DNA of 64,000 nt. Source: Azolla caroliniana. Taxonomy: Eukaryota > Plantae > Polypodiophyta. This document shows positions 62,600 to 64,000 of this stretch, one piece after another. Location: assembly GCA_043228905.1 (NCBI GenBank), contig JBHGNT010000007.1:7130001-7194000 (forward strand). Direction: 5' to 3'. The notes beneath the pieces were generated by a model. That model was not told where the DNA came from and ran no database searches. It worked only from the letters and a program-made list of their open reading frames with translations. Positions within the stretch are counted from its first letter, which is position 1. The number at the start of each line of letters is the position of its first letter. Position numbers and translations under genes: made by a program.

Positions 62600-64000
62600 C
62601 TGAACTATAGTGGACACAACAAACAGTTTGGTTGAGTAACCACACCTGCAATAATCTCAAAGAATGGGGAAGAAGAATATTATTTGACATGGTTAGCAAG
62701 TGGAACATTGAAAGTGGATATTACATGTATTTACAACATGGAGTTGGATTGTTAGAAGTAGAATAATGATGACATTGATTCTATATATCACTAACTAAGC
62801 TACTAGTTCCAACAAAAAAAAAGTTGTAACAAGTCATAGAATTAACTTTGTGACGACAAACACTAGAGGGTCTAATAAATGGCCTTCTGATCGGTGGACC
62901 CTAACCAACTGAACCATGTGAAGAAGTGTAATGACTCAACTCACTTGAAGATCTTCACATGAAGTGGAGTGAAAGAATTGAATAGAATTGAGGTACAACA
63001 AAGTTAAACACCATTCAAAATCCACACTATGACCCCAACCATGAGTATTATATGTGAGCTTGGGAAGCCAATGACTCATTTGGTTCAAAGTGGATTTGAA
63101 AGAGGCTTTTGCACTCAACTAGTGCAACATGGATTCTCTTGTCAAGCATGACATGAATATGCTCAACCGGCATAACTTGGATTCGCTTGATTATCCACTT
63201 GCCTAGTATGTCATGAAAATGCTTCACAATCTGTTTGCTTGACATAACATGAATACTCTTGGAAATTTTCTTGTTTGGCACAAGAAAGAGCTTGATCAGC
63301 CTAACCAAGTTGATGATACACTCAATAGCTCACTTGTTTGGTGTAATTGAGGGCCCGTTCAAAGACTTCCTCAAATTGGTGTGGCAAACATATGGGATCC
63401 ATGCCTCATGAATCCTTGGCCATACATGGATGCTAATAAACATGCCACAAGTTATGATGTTGTCTTTAATGATACATTCATAAATAACAAAGCCTCAACA
63501 ATGCATCATATCTTAATGTTGAATTGGTCACAACCCTCATGACAATAGATACATTGTTCCATACAATGAATCTCATAAACCAAATCCTAATGAGTAACCT
63601 CAAAGAATTACAAAATGTGGTAAAATCGTTGTACAAACAAGTGATGAATAAAGGGATTAAACAACAATATCGATCATGTAGATGGCTCACCATGTCCAAG
63701 TTACCCAAAGACACTTGGATGAAGCCAATGCACTTTGTCTTTTATTAGCTCCATGATATCAACCAATGGATACCATATTTACTCATCCCATACATCATAC
63801 TTAACTTTTTGGTTTGTAAAACCATCTCAAGAATAAAAATTACTATCATTATCATGGATCTTTGAAGTAGAGTCTGTAAACATCAAATTTTATTCGTGAA
63901 GCTACAGTGTACAAGACTCTACTTCAAAGAAGAAATTCAGAAACTACACAAAAGGAGTTGGACAAATGTAACAAGATTCCTATGCCGTGATTTGGTGCCA
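62600..64000 (+). other. possible highly decayed CACTA-like transposase remnant
   Basis: Only faint resemblance (WIPYLLIPY ~63765, HVDGSP ~63675) to Tnp2-type motifs; unverified. Confidence 0.25.

Overview
Eukaryotic land-plant nuclear DNA. The TE lineages point to a non-seed plant such as a fern, lycophyte or bryophyte (inference). Most of the window is transposon-derived. 670-38.9k is a deep nest: several Ty1/copia elements with tRNA-iMet PBSs, two related non-chromovirus Ty3/gypsy elements (tRNA-Trp PBS, 4-bp TSDs) inserted one inside the other's 3' LTR in opposite orientation, an L1-type LINE and an RTE/RTEX-type LINE. 39164-53693 is a decayed Mutator-like DNA transposon with ~150-bp TIRs and a 9-bp TSD. 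It carries a SWIM/DDE transposase and a second spliced gene (C2H2-like finger, SIM-like motif, Ulp1/C48 protease), and is interrupted by a young Tnt1/Tork-like copia. The only host gene is a six-exon COG1 orthologue (54089-58895), ~400 bp downstream of the MULE. Best leads: (i) the MULE ZnF-SIM-Ulp1 gene with GGTCGCCCAACC motif arrays, a possible VANDAL/VANC-like module; (ii) a copia family with a ~190-aa charged tail after RNase H and a conserved stem enclosing the PPT; (iii) a candidate GGAUUUU -1 frameshift and a shared in-frame UAG in the gypsy pair; (iv) a multi-kb gypsy fold-back. All analysis was by eye, with no database searches.
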